This document shows, in pieces, positions 56,259-64,000 of a stretch of 64,000 nucleotides of DNA; the first letter of the stretch is position 1; each line of letters begins with the position of its first letter. The DNA comes from Thermodesulfobacteriota bacterium (GTDB lineage Bacteria > Desulfobacterota > Desulfobaccia > Desulfobaccales > 0-14-0-80-60-11), in contig JBMORG010000006.1 in NCBI GenBank assembly GCA_049322355.1, forward strand, positions 22,495 through 86,494, written 5' to 3'. Made by a program: the position numbers and the translations under genes. Below the pieces are notes generated by a model. The model saw only the letters and a list, made by a program, of their open reading frames with translations, did no database searches and was not told the DNA's origin.

Positions 56259-56378
56259 ATCATAGATGGTTCATGAGGCTCTCGAATAGAAAAATTTATT
56301 TGGCAATTGCTATAACAGCCGATAGCTAAAAAAGGCGGCCCGGAGGCCGCCTGCAAGGCTTGGCTGCAAGGGTAGCCC

Positions 56379-57254
56379 CTAAAAGTGGTAAGCCACCCCT
56401 AAGACAATCTTATGGCTGGCATAATCGAGGTGCGCGGTGCCCCGGCACACGGTGCCGTCGGGCAGGTAAAAGGCATGGGCTTCGATTTCGGCATCCCAGA
56501 CGAAATTAAATTTGTATTCCACAAAGGCGGAGACATTCTTGAGCATCATGTAGCGGACTCCCGCCATCACATCGACGCCGAAATTCTTGGCCGAGTCCAC
56601 GGAATCATAATTGACCACAAAGCCGGGACCAACTCCCACATAAGGTTGCAGCCGTCCGAAAGGCACTTGTTGATCCGGTAAAAAACCGTAGCGGCCGACA
56701 ATGTGTAAGGCCGTGGTCCAGTTGGTCCAGGGGTCGTTCTGGATGCCGACCGCGGTGAACCCGTTGATGGGGCGGCTGGTGCTGAGCGTGGTCCTGGGGA
56801 CATTGCTTTTGTTGACACTGGTGTCCACTTCCAGCCCCAGGTAAGGGAAACGGTAGCAGAAGTAGCCGAATTTCAAGCCTCCGACCACCGCAGGCTGAAA
56901 TGGATTATTAAAAAGCGTGGCTGCGCCTTGATTGGTTCGAGTGACACCGTTGTTAAGGGAAAAACCATCGGAATACTTGAGGTCTTGGCCTGGAGTAAAT
57001 GCCGCGCCCAGGTAACCCCCTACATAAAATTCCCCTTTAAAAAAAGATTCCTTTCCCTGGTTTTGGGGGAGATTTTTCCATAGACCATAGGCAATCAACG
57101 GTGTAGTAATTACCCCGAGAATAGTACAACCGATGGCCAGGTCAGCGTTCAAAGCCAGAACCGGTGTCGGCGCAGGTATCAGGAAACCCAGGACCAGCAG
57201 GCCGACGAGAGCTCTCCTGGACCAGGTGCGCAGTCTCTTCTCCCCCAAAGTCAT
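56379..57254 (-). CDS. Outer-membrane beta-barrel protein
   Basis: Signal peptide, alternating beta-strand pattern, C-terminal ...LGVAYHF. ATG at 57254 follows GAGGGGGA. Confidence 0.7.
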   Translation of the reverse strand: MTLGEKRLRTWSRRALVGLLVLGFLIPAPTPVLALNADLAIGCTILGVITTPLIAYGLWKNLPQNQGKESFFKGEFYVGGYLGAAFTPGQDLKYSDGFSLNNGVTRTNQGAATLFNNPFQPAVVGGLKFGYFCYRFPYLGLEVDTSVNKSNVPRTTLSTSRPINGFTAVGIQNDPWTNWTTALHIVGRYGFLPDQQVPFGRLQPYVGVGPGFVVNYDSVDSAKNFGVDVMAGVRYMMLKNVSAFVEYKFNFVWDAEIEAHAFYLPDGTVCRGTAHLDYASHKIVLGVAYHF

Positions 57255-57393
57255 GATCTTTTCCCCCTCGAAACCCAAAAATTTTCTGATTCTATTGACA
57301 ATCATGGCCCAAAGTCAAGGGGAAATGGGGTAAACTGTTGAAGCCCGGTCATGCGAAAGACAGGGAGGGCCATTGCAGCCCGGGATAATCGTA

Positions 57394-57422
57394 TTGACTC
57401 AAGGCGTTAGGATTGATAAATT
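57394..57422 (+). promoter_or_regulatory. Sigma70-like promoter TTGACT-N17-TAAATT upstream of hisH
   Basis: Read directly from sequence. Confidence 0.35.
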
Positions 57423-57460
57423 TTATATTGTAAGAATTTTATGTCGGTTACAAGGCTTCT

Positions 57461-58081
57461 GTGATCATTATTATCGATTATCATGCCGGCAACCTCACCA
57501 GCGTGGTCCGGTCGATTAAAGCCCTGGGGGTAGAAGGCACGGTGACCCAGGACCCGGCGGTGGTGGCCCGGGCCAATCGAGTTATTTTTCCTGGGGTGGG
57601 GGCAGCAGGCAGGGCCATGGCGACCCTTAAAGAATTGGGTTTGGATCAGGCCTTGCGCCAGAGCTTTGACCGGGGTATCCCCATCCTGGGCATCTGCCTT
57701 GGGGCGCAAATCGTCCTGGAGGCCAGTGAAGAAAACGACGCCCCCTGCCTGGGTCTGCTGCCGGGCCGCACCCGGGCGCTGCCCAAGGCTGAAAATCTGA
57801 AGATTCCTCACATGGGTTGGAACCGGGTGCGGTTTCTCAAGCCCCACCCTCTTTTCAAGAATTTGCCGGAAGGGGCCGAATACTACTTTGTGCACAGTTA
57901 TTATCCCGCCCCGTCCCAGCCGGGCATGGTGCTGGGGGTGACGGACCACGGCCTGGAATTTCCCAGCGCCATTGGCTGGCGCAACCTGGTGGCCACTCAG
58001 TTCCATCCGGAGAAAAGCGGCCGCTTTGGGCTGCAAATCCTGGAGAACTTCCTGGCCTGGGATGGCTCCGATGCTGAGTAA
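57461..58081 (+). CDS. hisH: Imidazole glycerol phosphate synthase, glutaminase subunit
   Basis: [28 protein letters not shown]. Confidence 0.95.
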   Translation: MIIIIDYHAGNLTSVVRSIKALGVEGTVTQDPAVVARANRVIFPGVGAAGRAMATLKELGLDQALRQSFDRGIPILGICLGAQIVLEASEENDAPCLGLLPGRTRALPKAENLKIPHMGWNRVRFLKPHPLFKNLPEGAEYYFVHSYYPAPSQPGMVLGVTDHGLEFPSAIGWRNLVATQFHPEKSGRFGLQILENFLAWDGSDAE

Positions 58082-58850
58082 ACGGATTATTCCCTGCCTG
58101 GACGTCCGGGATGGCCGGACCACCAAGGGCATCAAATTTAAAAATAATGTGGATATCGGCGATCCGGTGGCCATGGCCCGGCTCTATTATGAGGCCGGGG
58201 CCGATGAGCTGGTGTTTTACGACATCACCGCTTCCAGTGATCGCCGGAACATCATGATAGACGTGGTGCGGAGGGTGGCCGCAGAGATCTTTATCCCCTT
58301 TTCGGTGGGGGGCGGCATCCGCAATTTGGGCGATATGCGTGATGTGCTCCTGGCCGGGGCCGAAAAGGTGAGCGTCAACAGCGCCGCCATCTTAAACCCC
58401 TCGCTGATTACCGCCGGGGCCGAAGCCTTTGGCAGCCAGTGCATCGTTTTAGGGATGGACGTGAAACGCGTCGGCACCTCAGCCGCCATCCCCTCAGGTT
58501 ATGAAATGGTGATAAACGGCGGGCGCACTCCCATGGGAATCGACGCCCTTTGGTGGGCGAAAGAGGCGGTGCGCTTGGGAGCCGGAGAGATTTGCCTCAA
58601 CTCCATTGACGCCGACGGCACTCAGGCTGGGTATGAGTTGACCCTTACCCGGATGATTTCCGAGGCCGTGCCTATTCCGGTAATCGCTTCGGGGGGAGCC
58701 GGTACCCCGGAGCATCTCCGGGAGGTACTCACTAAGGGGCAGGCGGACGCGGCGCTTATTGCTTCCATGGTCCATTACGGCACCTATACCGTTTTAAGCA
58801 TTAAAGAGTATTTGGACCAGCACCAGATCCCGGTTCGTTTGGTCTGGTAG
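58071..58850 (+). CDS. hisF: Imidazole glycerol phosphate synthase, cyclase subunit
   Basis: [16 protein letters not shown]. Overlaps the hisH end by 11 nt. Confidence 0.95.
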   Translation: MLSKRIIPCLDVRDGRTTKGIKFKNNVDIGDPVAMARLYYEAGADELVFYDITASSDRRNIMIDVVRRVAAEIFIPFSVGGGIRNLGDMRDVLLAGAEKVSVNSAAILNPSLITAGAEAFGSQCIVLGMDVKRVGTSAAIPSGYEMVINGGRTPMGIDALWWAKEAVRLGAGEICLNSIDADGTQAGYELTLTRMISEAVPIPVIASGGAGTPEHLREVLTKGQADAALIASMVHYGTYTVLSIKEYLDQHQIPVRLVW

Positions 58851-58965
58851 TAACCATTAATTTTTGCCAAAAGTTTTTTTACCCCTCACCCCTGGCCGTT
58901 GCTCCTCAAGGAAAGAGGGAATAGAAAGAAGGAGCTTTTGGCAAGTTCTATTCGGCCCCAAAAGG

Positions 58966-59946
58966 ATGCCATTGAACGATCAGCTTGACACTAATTTTGC
59001 TGAGCTTCCGGAAGAGCTGCCTGAAATATTGGAGCCGGAGATTGAAGAAGAGCCTGAAGAGGCCGAATCCAACCTGCCCATCCCCAGCGATCTCGATCTC
59101 GTGCAACGCTATATCAGGGAAGCCAACCGGTTTGCCCTGCTTTCCCCGGAGGAGGAAAAAGCTCTAACCACCTACTTTTATGAGACCGGTGACCGGGAAA
59201 CCGGTTCCCGTTTGATAACCAGCAATTTGAGGCTGGTGATCAAGATTGCCCTGGAGTTCCAGAAGTATTGGATGAAAAACCTGCTGGATTTGATCCAGGA
59301 AGGCAATATCGGCCTCATGCACGCCATCAAGAAATTCGACCCATACCGGGGCATCAAGCTCTCCTACTATGCTTCTTTCTGGATCAAGGCGTATATACTC
59401 AAATTCATCATGGATAACTGGAAGCTGGTGAAGATCGGCACCACCCAGTCTCAACGGAAACTCTTCTACAACCTGAAACGGGAAAAGGAGAAGCTCCGGG
59501 CCCAGGGATTTGAGCCGGGTCCCAAACTCCTGGCTGACGCCCTGAACGTACGGGAGGAGGAAGTCATCGAAATGGACCAGCGCCTGGGTGGCTGGGAGCT
59601 TTCCTTGGACGCCCCTTTGAAGGAAGGTTCCGACGAATATCACAAAAATTTCCTGCCGGCCACCGATCCCCACGTGGAAGAAATTTTGGCCACCGCGGAA
59701 CTGAAAGGGTTGTTCCGCCAAAAGCTGGCAGAGTTCCGTACCGAGCTCAATGACAAAGAACAAGATATCTTGGATTTGCGCCTGTTGGCCGAAAAGCCCA
59801 TGACCCTTCAAGAGATTGGGGCACGCCATCACATTTCCCGGGAGCGGGTGCGTCAGATTGAAGACCGCCTCATAAAACGGTTACGGCAACATCTTAAAAA
59901 TGAAATCGCTGATTGGGAGGATTATCGCGCTCCCATGGTGGATTAA
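58966..59946 (+). CDS. rpoH: RNA polymerase sigma-32 (heat-shock sigma factor)
   Basis: RpoH-box-like TTQSQRKLFYNLKREK. Region 2 NLRLVIKIA...EGNIGLMHAIKKFDP. Region 4 ISRERVRQIE. Confidence 0.8.
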   Translation: MPLNDQLDTNFAELPEELPEILEPEIEEEPEEAESNLPIPSDLDLVQRYIREANRFALLSPEEEKALTTYFYETGDRETGSRLITSNLRLVIKIALEFQKYWMKNLLDLIQEGNIGLMHAIKKFDPYRGIKLSYYASFWIKAYILKFIMDNWKLVKIGTTQSQRKLFYNLKREKEKLRAQGFEPGPKLLADALNVREEEVIEMDQRLGGWELSLDAPLKEGSDEYHKNFLPATDPHVEEILATAELKGLFRQKLAEFRTELNDKEQDILDLRLLAEKPMTLQEIGARHHISRERVRQIEDRLIKRLRQHLKNEIADWEDYRAPMVD

Positions 59947-59993
59947 ATGCCCATGGATGCGTCTCCTGGCAACGGTTATTAGCCCATCGTTCA

Positions 59994-61763
59994 ATGGCAA
60001 AGTACGTGAAGCGAATTTCATCAGTCAGCCATTTTAGGCCCCGTCTGCTGCTCTGGGGTATTTTATGGGCGGGTTTGTGCCTGGCGGTCACGGGCTGCGC
60101 CCCCCTGAGTCGCGTGGTGCCCTTGGTGACCGGCGGCTCCGCGACGCCGGCAACCTCAAAAAGCTTGGCCTATTACCACTTTCTCAAAGCTCAACAGCTG
60201 CTAGTTGACGATGATGTGCCAGGGGCCATCCAGGAATATAATCTGGCCCTGGAAAACGATCCCGATTCCGCTTTATTGGAAATGGACCTGGCTACTCTCT
60301 ATCAACGCAAGGGTGACGTCAAGCAGGCCCTGGCCCATGCCCAAAAATCCATACAATTAGACCCCAAGCAGCAAGACGCCTATTTTCTCATGGCCGGCCT
60401 CCACGTAGGCCTGAATCAATTAGATGAGGCCACCCGGGAATATGAACGCGTCCTGCGGCTGGACCCAGATAACCGAGAAGCCCGCCTCTTCTTAGCCACC
60501 CTATATGCCCAACAGCGGCGGTATCCCCAGGCCATTCGTACCGTCCAGGACCTTCTGCGGCTGGACCCCAAGCTGGCGGTAGGTTACTATTATTTGGGCC
60601 GCATCTACCTGGAAACCGATCGTCTGGCGGATGCGAAAAAAGAATTCATGCGGGTCCTCACCATGGATCCCAATTTTGTCCCGGCCCTGTTCGATCTGGG
60701 CGCCACCTTGGAACGGGAACACCAGTACAACCGGGCCCTGTCCATGTATCGCCGCATCCTGCGGGACCAACCCCGCAACACCAGGGCCTGGGCCAGCATC
60801 GGCCGCCTCTATCTCGTTATGAACCGTTACGGTGATGCCCAAAGGGCCTTTCAAAAGATTAAGGAACTCGAACCCAACGACCCTGCCGCAGATTTCAACA
60901 TCGCCCTTATCTGCCTGGAGCAGAAATTACCGGACGACGCCATTCGCCTCTTTCGCCCCCTGTTGAGCCATCCCCGCTTCGAAAGCCGGGCCCGCTACTT
61001 CATTGCCATGGCCCTTGAGGAAAAAGGCGACCGGAAGGCAGCCTGTCGTGAATACCAACTGGTGGAGCGGAATTCCGAACAATTCGTCCAGTCCCGTCTT
61101 CGTTTAGCCTACCTCTACTTTCAGATGGGCGATAAAGAACAGGCCTGGCAGACTCTTCATGAACTCCAGACCCTGGCTCCCAACCAGGAAGAAGTTTATC
61201 TTACCAGTTCTTACTTTTATGAGGAGGACCACCAGTGGGATCGGGCCATTCAGGCCCTTAAAGCCGGACTGGATAAAGTTGAGCGGCCGGGGGAAATCCA
61301 TTTCCGTTTGGCGGTGATCTACGAGAAGCAGAATAATCGCGACGACAGCATCGAACAGATCAAGAAAGTCCTGGAGTTGGACCCGAACAATGCCGATGCC
61401 AAAAATTTTCTGGGCTACACCTACGCCGAAAAGGGCATCAATCTGGATGAAGCTGAACGGTTAATCCGGGAGGCCCTGCGGACCAAGCCCAACAGCGGAC
61501 AAATCATTGATAGCCTGGGGTGGGTCTTTTATAAAAAAGGCCAATATGACAAGGCTGTGGTGGAGTTGGAACGGGCTTACCAAATTATGCCTCAGGACGG
61601 CACCGTAGCAGAACATCTGGGGGATGCTTATGCCCAACAAAAGCGTTACCGGGATGCTTTGCGTATCTATCGCCGGGCTCTGACCCTGGAAAATGCTAAT
61701 TTTTCTGAATTGCGCAAGAAAATCAACCGGATGGAAACTATTTTGAAAGAGCGGGCTAATTGA
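59994..61763 (+). CDS. Large TPR-repeat lipoprotein
   Basis: Lipobox AVTGC and more than 10 TPR units. Confidence 0.7.
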   Translation: MAKYVKRISSVSHFRPRLLLWGILWAGLCLAVTGCAPLSRVVPLVTGGSATPATSKSLAYYHFLKAQQLLVDDDVPGAIQEYNLALENDPDSALLEMDLATLYQRKGDVKQALAHAQKSIQLDPKQQDAYFLMAGLHVGLNQLDEATREYERVLRLDPDNREARLFLATLYAQQRRYPQAIRTVQDLLRLDPKLAVGYYYLGRIYLETDRLADAKKEFMRVLTMDPNFVPALFDLGATLEREHQYNRALSMYRRILRDQPRNTRAWASIGRLYLVMNRYGDAQRAFQKIKELEPNDPAADFNIALICLEQKLPDDAIRLFRPLLSHPRFESRARYFIAMALEEKGDRKAACREYQLVERNSEQFVQSRLRLAYLYFQMGDKEQAWQTLHELQTLAPNQEEVYLTSSYFYEEDHQWDRAIQALKAGLDKVERPGEIHFRLAVIYEKQNNRDDSIEQIKKVLELDPNNADAKNFLGYTYAEKGINLDEAERLIREALRTKPNSGQIIDSLGWVFYKKGQYDKAVVELERAYQIMPQDGTVAEHLGDAYAQQKRYRDALRIYRRALTLENANFSELRKKINRMETILKERAN

Positions 61764-62548
61764 AGATTCGGACCTTTTTCTGGCTGCTAGTGCTGGGTCT
61801 CGCCCTCTGGGCAGGTTGCCGGACTTTGCCGCCTTCCCCACCGCCGGTAACGACGATTTCCTCTGAAGAGTTACTCGCCCGCCTCAGGTCCAGGCAGCAG
61901 CAAGTCCAGTCCTTCCAGGCCAAAGGCCGCATCACCTTTTTGGCCTCCCAACAAAACTATTCTGGCACGGCTGTGCTCACAGGTCGCCTGCCGAATAATC
62001 TCAAAGTTGATGTTCTGGATTTTTTGGGCCGCACCATCCTGAGCTTCGCCACGGACGGCGCCGAGGTCAAAATTCTGTCTCCCCGGGAAAACAAGCTGTT
62101 GCGCGGTCCCGCTACTCCCGGAAATTTGGCCGCGTTTATCCCCCCCACGGTCAGTCTGCCGCAGGCGCTGCGTCTGCTGGTGGGGGCCCTGCCTTTAAGT
62201 CCCGGTCCTCCGGATCACTTTGACTACCAGAGCGCCACCGGCCGCTACCTCCTGGAATGGCGCCAAGGCAGCGCCCTGACGGAGCGCTTGTGGGTAGATG
62301 CCCAGGGGCTCTACCCGGTGGCGGAAGAGTGGTTCGGCGGAGCGGCGGAGCCGCGTTTTACCGCAGAGTTGGCCAACTTCGGCGCCCTGGCCCCTGACCT
62401 TCCAGAAAAAATCACCCTTAAGTCCGCCACGCCGAAGATGGAACTGCGCCTGGTGTATCACAGCCTGAAACTCAATCCGCCTCTGACCCCGGCCCAGCTG
62501 ACCCTGGCACCGTCGGTAGGCATGGCCGAGGTGCCCCTGGGGAAGTAG
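61760..62548 (+). CDS. Lipoprotein, LolB/DUF4292-like
   Basis: Lipobox LWAGC. TTG start overlaps the upstream stop. The fold assignment is tentative. Confidence 0.5.
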   Translation: MKIRTFFWLLVLGLALWAGCRTLPPSPPPVTTISSEELLARLRSRQQQVQSFQAKGRITFLASQQNYSGTAVLTGRLPNNLKVDVLDFLGRTILSFATDGAEVKILSPRENKLLRGPATPGNLAAFIPPTVSLPQALRLLVGALPLSPGPPDHFDYQSATGRYLLEWRQGSALTERLWVDAQGLYPVAEEWFGGAAEPRFTAELANFGALAPDLPEKITLKSATPKMELRLVYHSLKLNPPLTPAQLTLAPSVGMAEVPLGK

Positions 62549-62604
62549 GTTCAGGTTTTCAGCTTTCGATAGATCAGTGAGAAAACTTCGAGGTGCCAGG
62601 ACCC

Positions 62605-63075
62605 ATGAAATTTTTGGTGGATCAGCCCTTGGGCGGCCTGGCAAAATGGCTGCGTTTTTGCGGCTTCGACGCCACCCTGGTGCGACTAACCCTGGATAAG
62701 CCCAGGTGTTGGCCGCCCCCCCGGCCTCAGACCCATATCCTCACCAGGCAGGCAGGGAGCTTGCGCCTCAAACGCCCCGACCTTCTGATTCTGAGCGCGG
62801 CCGAGCCCGAAGCCCAGTTGGAAGAGGTCATCCGAAGACTGCGAATCTCCCCCCGCCATCTTAACCTCTTAAGTCGTTGCAGCCACTGCAACGATCCCCT
62901 GGTACCCTTGGACCGGGACCTGGTCCAGGGCCGGGTTCCAGAGCATGTGTTTAATTACCAGCGACAATTTTCCGAGTGTCCCAGGTGTCACCGCATTTAT
63001 TGGCCCGGTAGCCACATACAGGGCATTACCGGAACCTTGCGGGAGCAGCTGGAGAAGTTAGCCACCGAGACCTGA
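62605..63075 (+). CDS. Mut7-C (DUF82) PIN-like RNase-domain protein with Zn ribbon
   Basis: MKFLVDQPLGGLAKWLRFCGFD. CSHCN ... CPRCHRIYWPGSH. Confidence 0.75.
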   Translation: MKFLVDQPLGGLAKWLRFCGFDATLVRLTLDKPRCWPPPRPQTHILTRQAGSLRLKRPDLLILSAAEPEAQLEEVIRRLRISPRHLNLLSRCSHCNDPLVPLDRDLVQGRVPEHVFNYQRQFSECPRCHRIYWPGSHIQGITGTLREQLEKLATET

Positions 63076-63247
63076 GGTCGAAGATGGAAATTTTCAGGAG
63101 CTCTTTCTCTTGCGATGGAATTAACCAATTCTTATGTTATTGACAATATGAATCCAAATATTGGGCAGGTTTCCCTTCTTCCATATAACTCATTAACTTT
63201 GAATTGATTTTATATCATCTCCCATTAACTGGTCCCAGGAGGCCTCT

Positions 63248-63628
63248 ATGAATGGAGACTTGAAAGCAAAGGCTGCCAGCGGCCTCAAAAAGACCTGGTG
63301 CAGCACCTGGACTTTCACGGTCAATACCGGCCGGCGGATGAAAATCCTGGCTCGCAAAGGACTGGGCTATTGGCAGCAGAGAAAAATTAACAAGGCCATG
63401 GGCATCCTTGGCCTACAAACCTTCCAGGCCCTGGAGCAGGGAGAGAGCAACCCCCTCATGGCACCGGAAGTCAATGCCGCAGTGCAAAAGGTTAAGGGAT
63501 TAAAAGAGATAAAAGAGAAGAACTACCAAGCCATTGCTGCTATCAGGGAGAGAATTCAGACTTCCTGCGTTTTTGCCACTCCCGACCAGCCTGGTGCGAT
63601 GGAAGAGAACCCGGAAGTTCCGGGATAA
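63248..63628 (+). CDS. Hypothetical protein, 126 aa
   Basis: ATG preceded by CCAGGAGG. No motif recognised. Confidence 0.45.
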   Translation: MNGDLKAKAASGLKKTWCSTWTFTVNTGRRMKILARKGLGYWQQRKINKAMGILGLQTFQALEQGESNPLMAPEVNAAVQKVKGLKEIKEKNYQAIAAIRERIQTSCVFATPDQPGAMEENPEVPG

Positions 63629-63689
63629 ATAAGCTATCAGCGGCCAGCTTTCAGCTTTTAGCAAAGGCAGAAAAATCGCTGCAGGTTGC

Positions 63690-63714
63690 AGGGGTGGGTT
63701 TCAAATCCGCCCCT
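63690..63714. repeat. Family G hairpin aggggtgg-loop-ccgcccct
   Basis: Same stem sequence class as 32788-32842 and 38101-38128. Confidence 0.6.
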
Positions 63715-63779
63715 ACGCCCGAAACGAAAAGGCTACAGGGGGCTGGCCTTAATTTTAACCGAAAACTGAAAACCGTCCT

Positions 63780-64000
63780 TTACGGCGCGCCGCACTCCGC
63801 CAGGCTGCCTTTGAGCTTTTCCAGGGCATGGGGGAGCGCCTGGGCCACCGCAGCCAGGTTTTCCCGGGCCCCTTTGGGGCTGCCGGGGAGATTGATAATC
63901 AAGGTGCGGCCCCGGATCACCGCCACCGAACGTGAGAGCATGGCATGGGGGGTGATGGCCAGGCCCGCGGCCCGCATCGCCTCGGGAATCCCCGGCACCA
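63780..64000 (-). CDS. Molybdenum cofactor biosynthesis protein MogA/MoaB family, C-terminal part (gene continues beyond window)
   Basis: GRTLIINLPGSPKGARENL is typical of the MoaB/MogA family. The ORF is open to the window edge. Confidence 0.75.
   Translation of the reverse strand, partial: VPGIPEAMRAAGLAITPHAMLSRSVAVIRGRTLIINLPGSPKGARENLAAVAQALPHALEKLKGSLAECGAP

Noticed and set aside
55991-56356. 121-aa ORF
   Set aside because: Composed of translated repeat modules (families D/C/H). No SD.
1-64000. CRISPR arrays, tRNA/rRNA genes, IS elements, integrases, prophage or known defence systems
   Set aside because: The repeats found are dispersed palindromes, not regularly spaced direct repeats with unique spacers. 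No cloverleaf-like or rRNA-like sequences were noticed in the intergenic regions. No transposase, integrase, restriction, Cas, CBASS or retron-like ORFs are among the translations.

Overview
64-kb chromosomal segment from a high-GC Gram-negative bacterium. Gene content and repeat types suggest a Desulfobacterota/deltaproteobacteria-like lineage, but that is inference only. It is mostly housekeeping and densely coding on both strands. Gene blocks, in order: (1) rimO (5' partial), an amino-acid permease, and an RNA-chaperone cluster (cspA-like, an untracked 51-aa ORF, an RRM protein). (2) An isoprenoid/ExoVII block: polyprenyl synthase, dxs-ispA-xseB-xseA. (3) A GH8 glycosidase, then the classical thrS-infC-rpmI-rplT-pheS block without pheT. 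(4) nth, murJ, a sigma54-dependent response regulator, a fused GT-C/TPR membrane protein, and larC. (5) An AT-rich islet carrying a c-di-GMP-I-like riboswitch candidate, a frameshifted PEP-CTERM relic and a HAF-repeat PEP-CTERM protein. (6) Two tandem CNNM/CorB paralogs and lon. (7) A hopanoid cluster shc-hpnA-hpnH that continues co-directionally into a GT-C glycosyltransferase, a TPR protein and a 375-aa unknown. (8) guaA, holB-PSP1(ricT)-unknown, yihY, tsaE, nnr, hisH-hisF, rpoH, TPR/LolB-like lipoproteins, and mogA/moaB (partial). The most unusual signal is the density of at least seven families of short palindromic intergenic repeats. One copy sits in frame inside the GH8 gene, and A/U-rich CGAAAAC-type leader helices lie upstream of isoprenoid/hopanoid genes. 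I found no CRISPR array, tRNA/rRNA gene, transposase/integrase, prophage or recognisable defence system. All calls rest on reading the sequence and the ORF translations; no database search was run.
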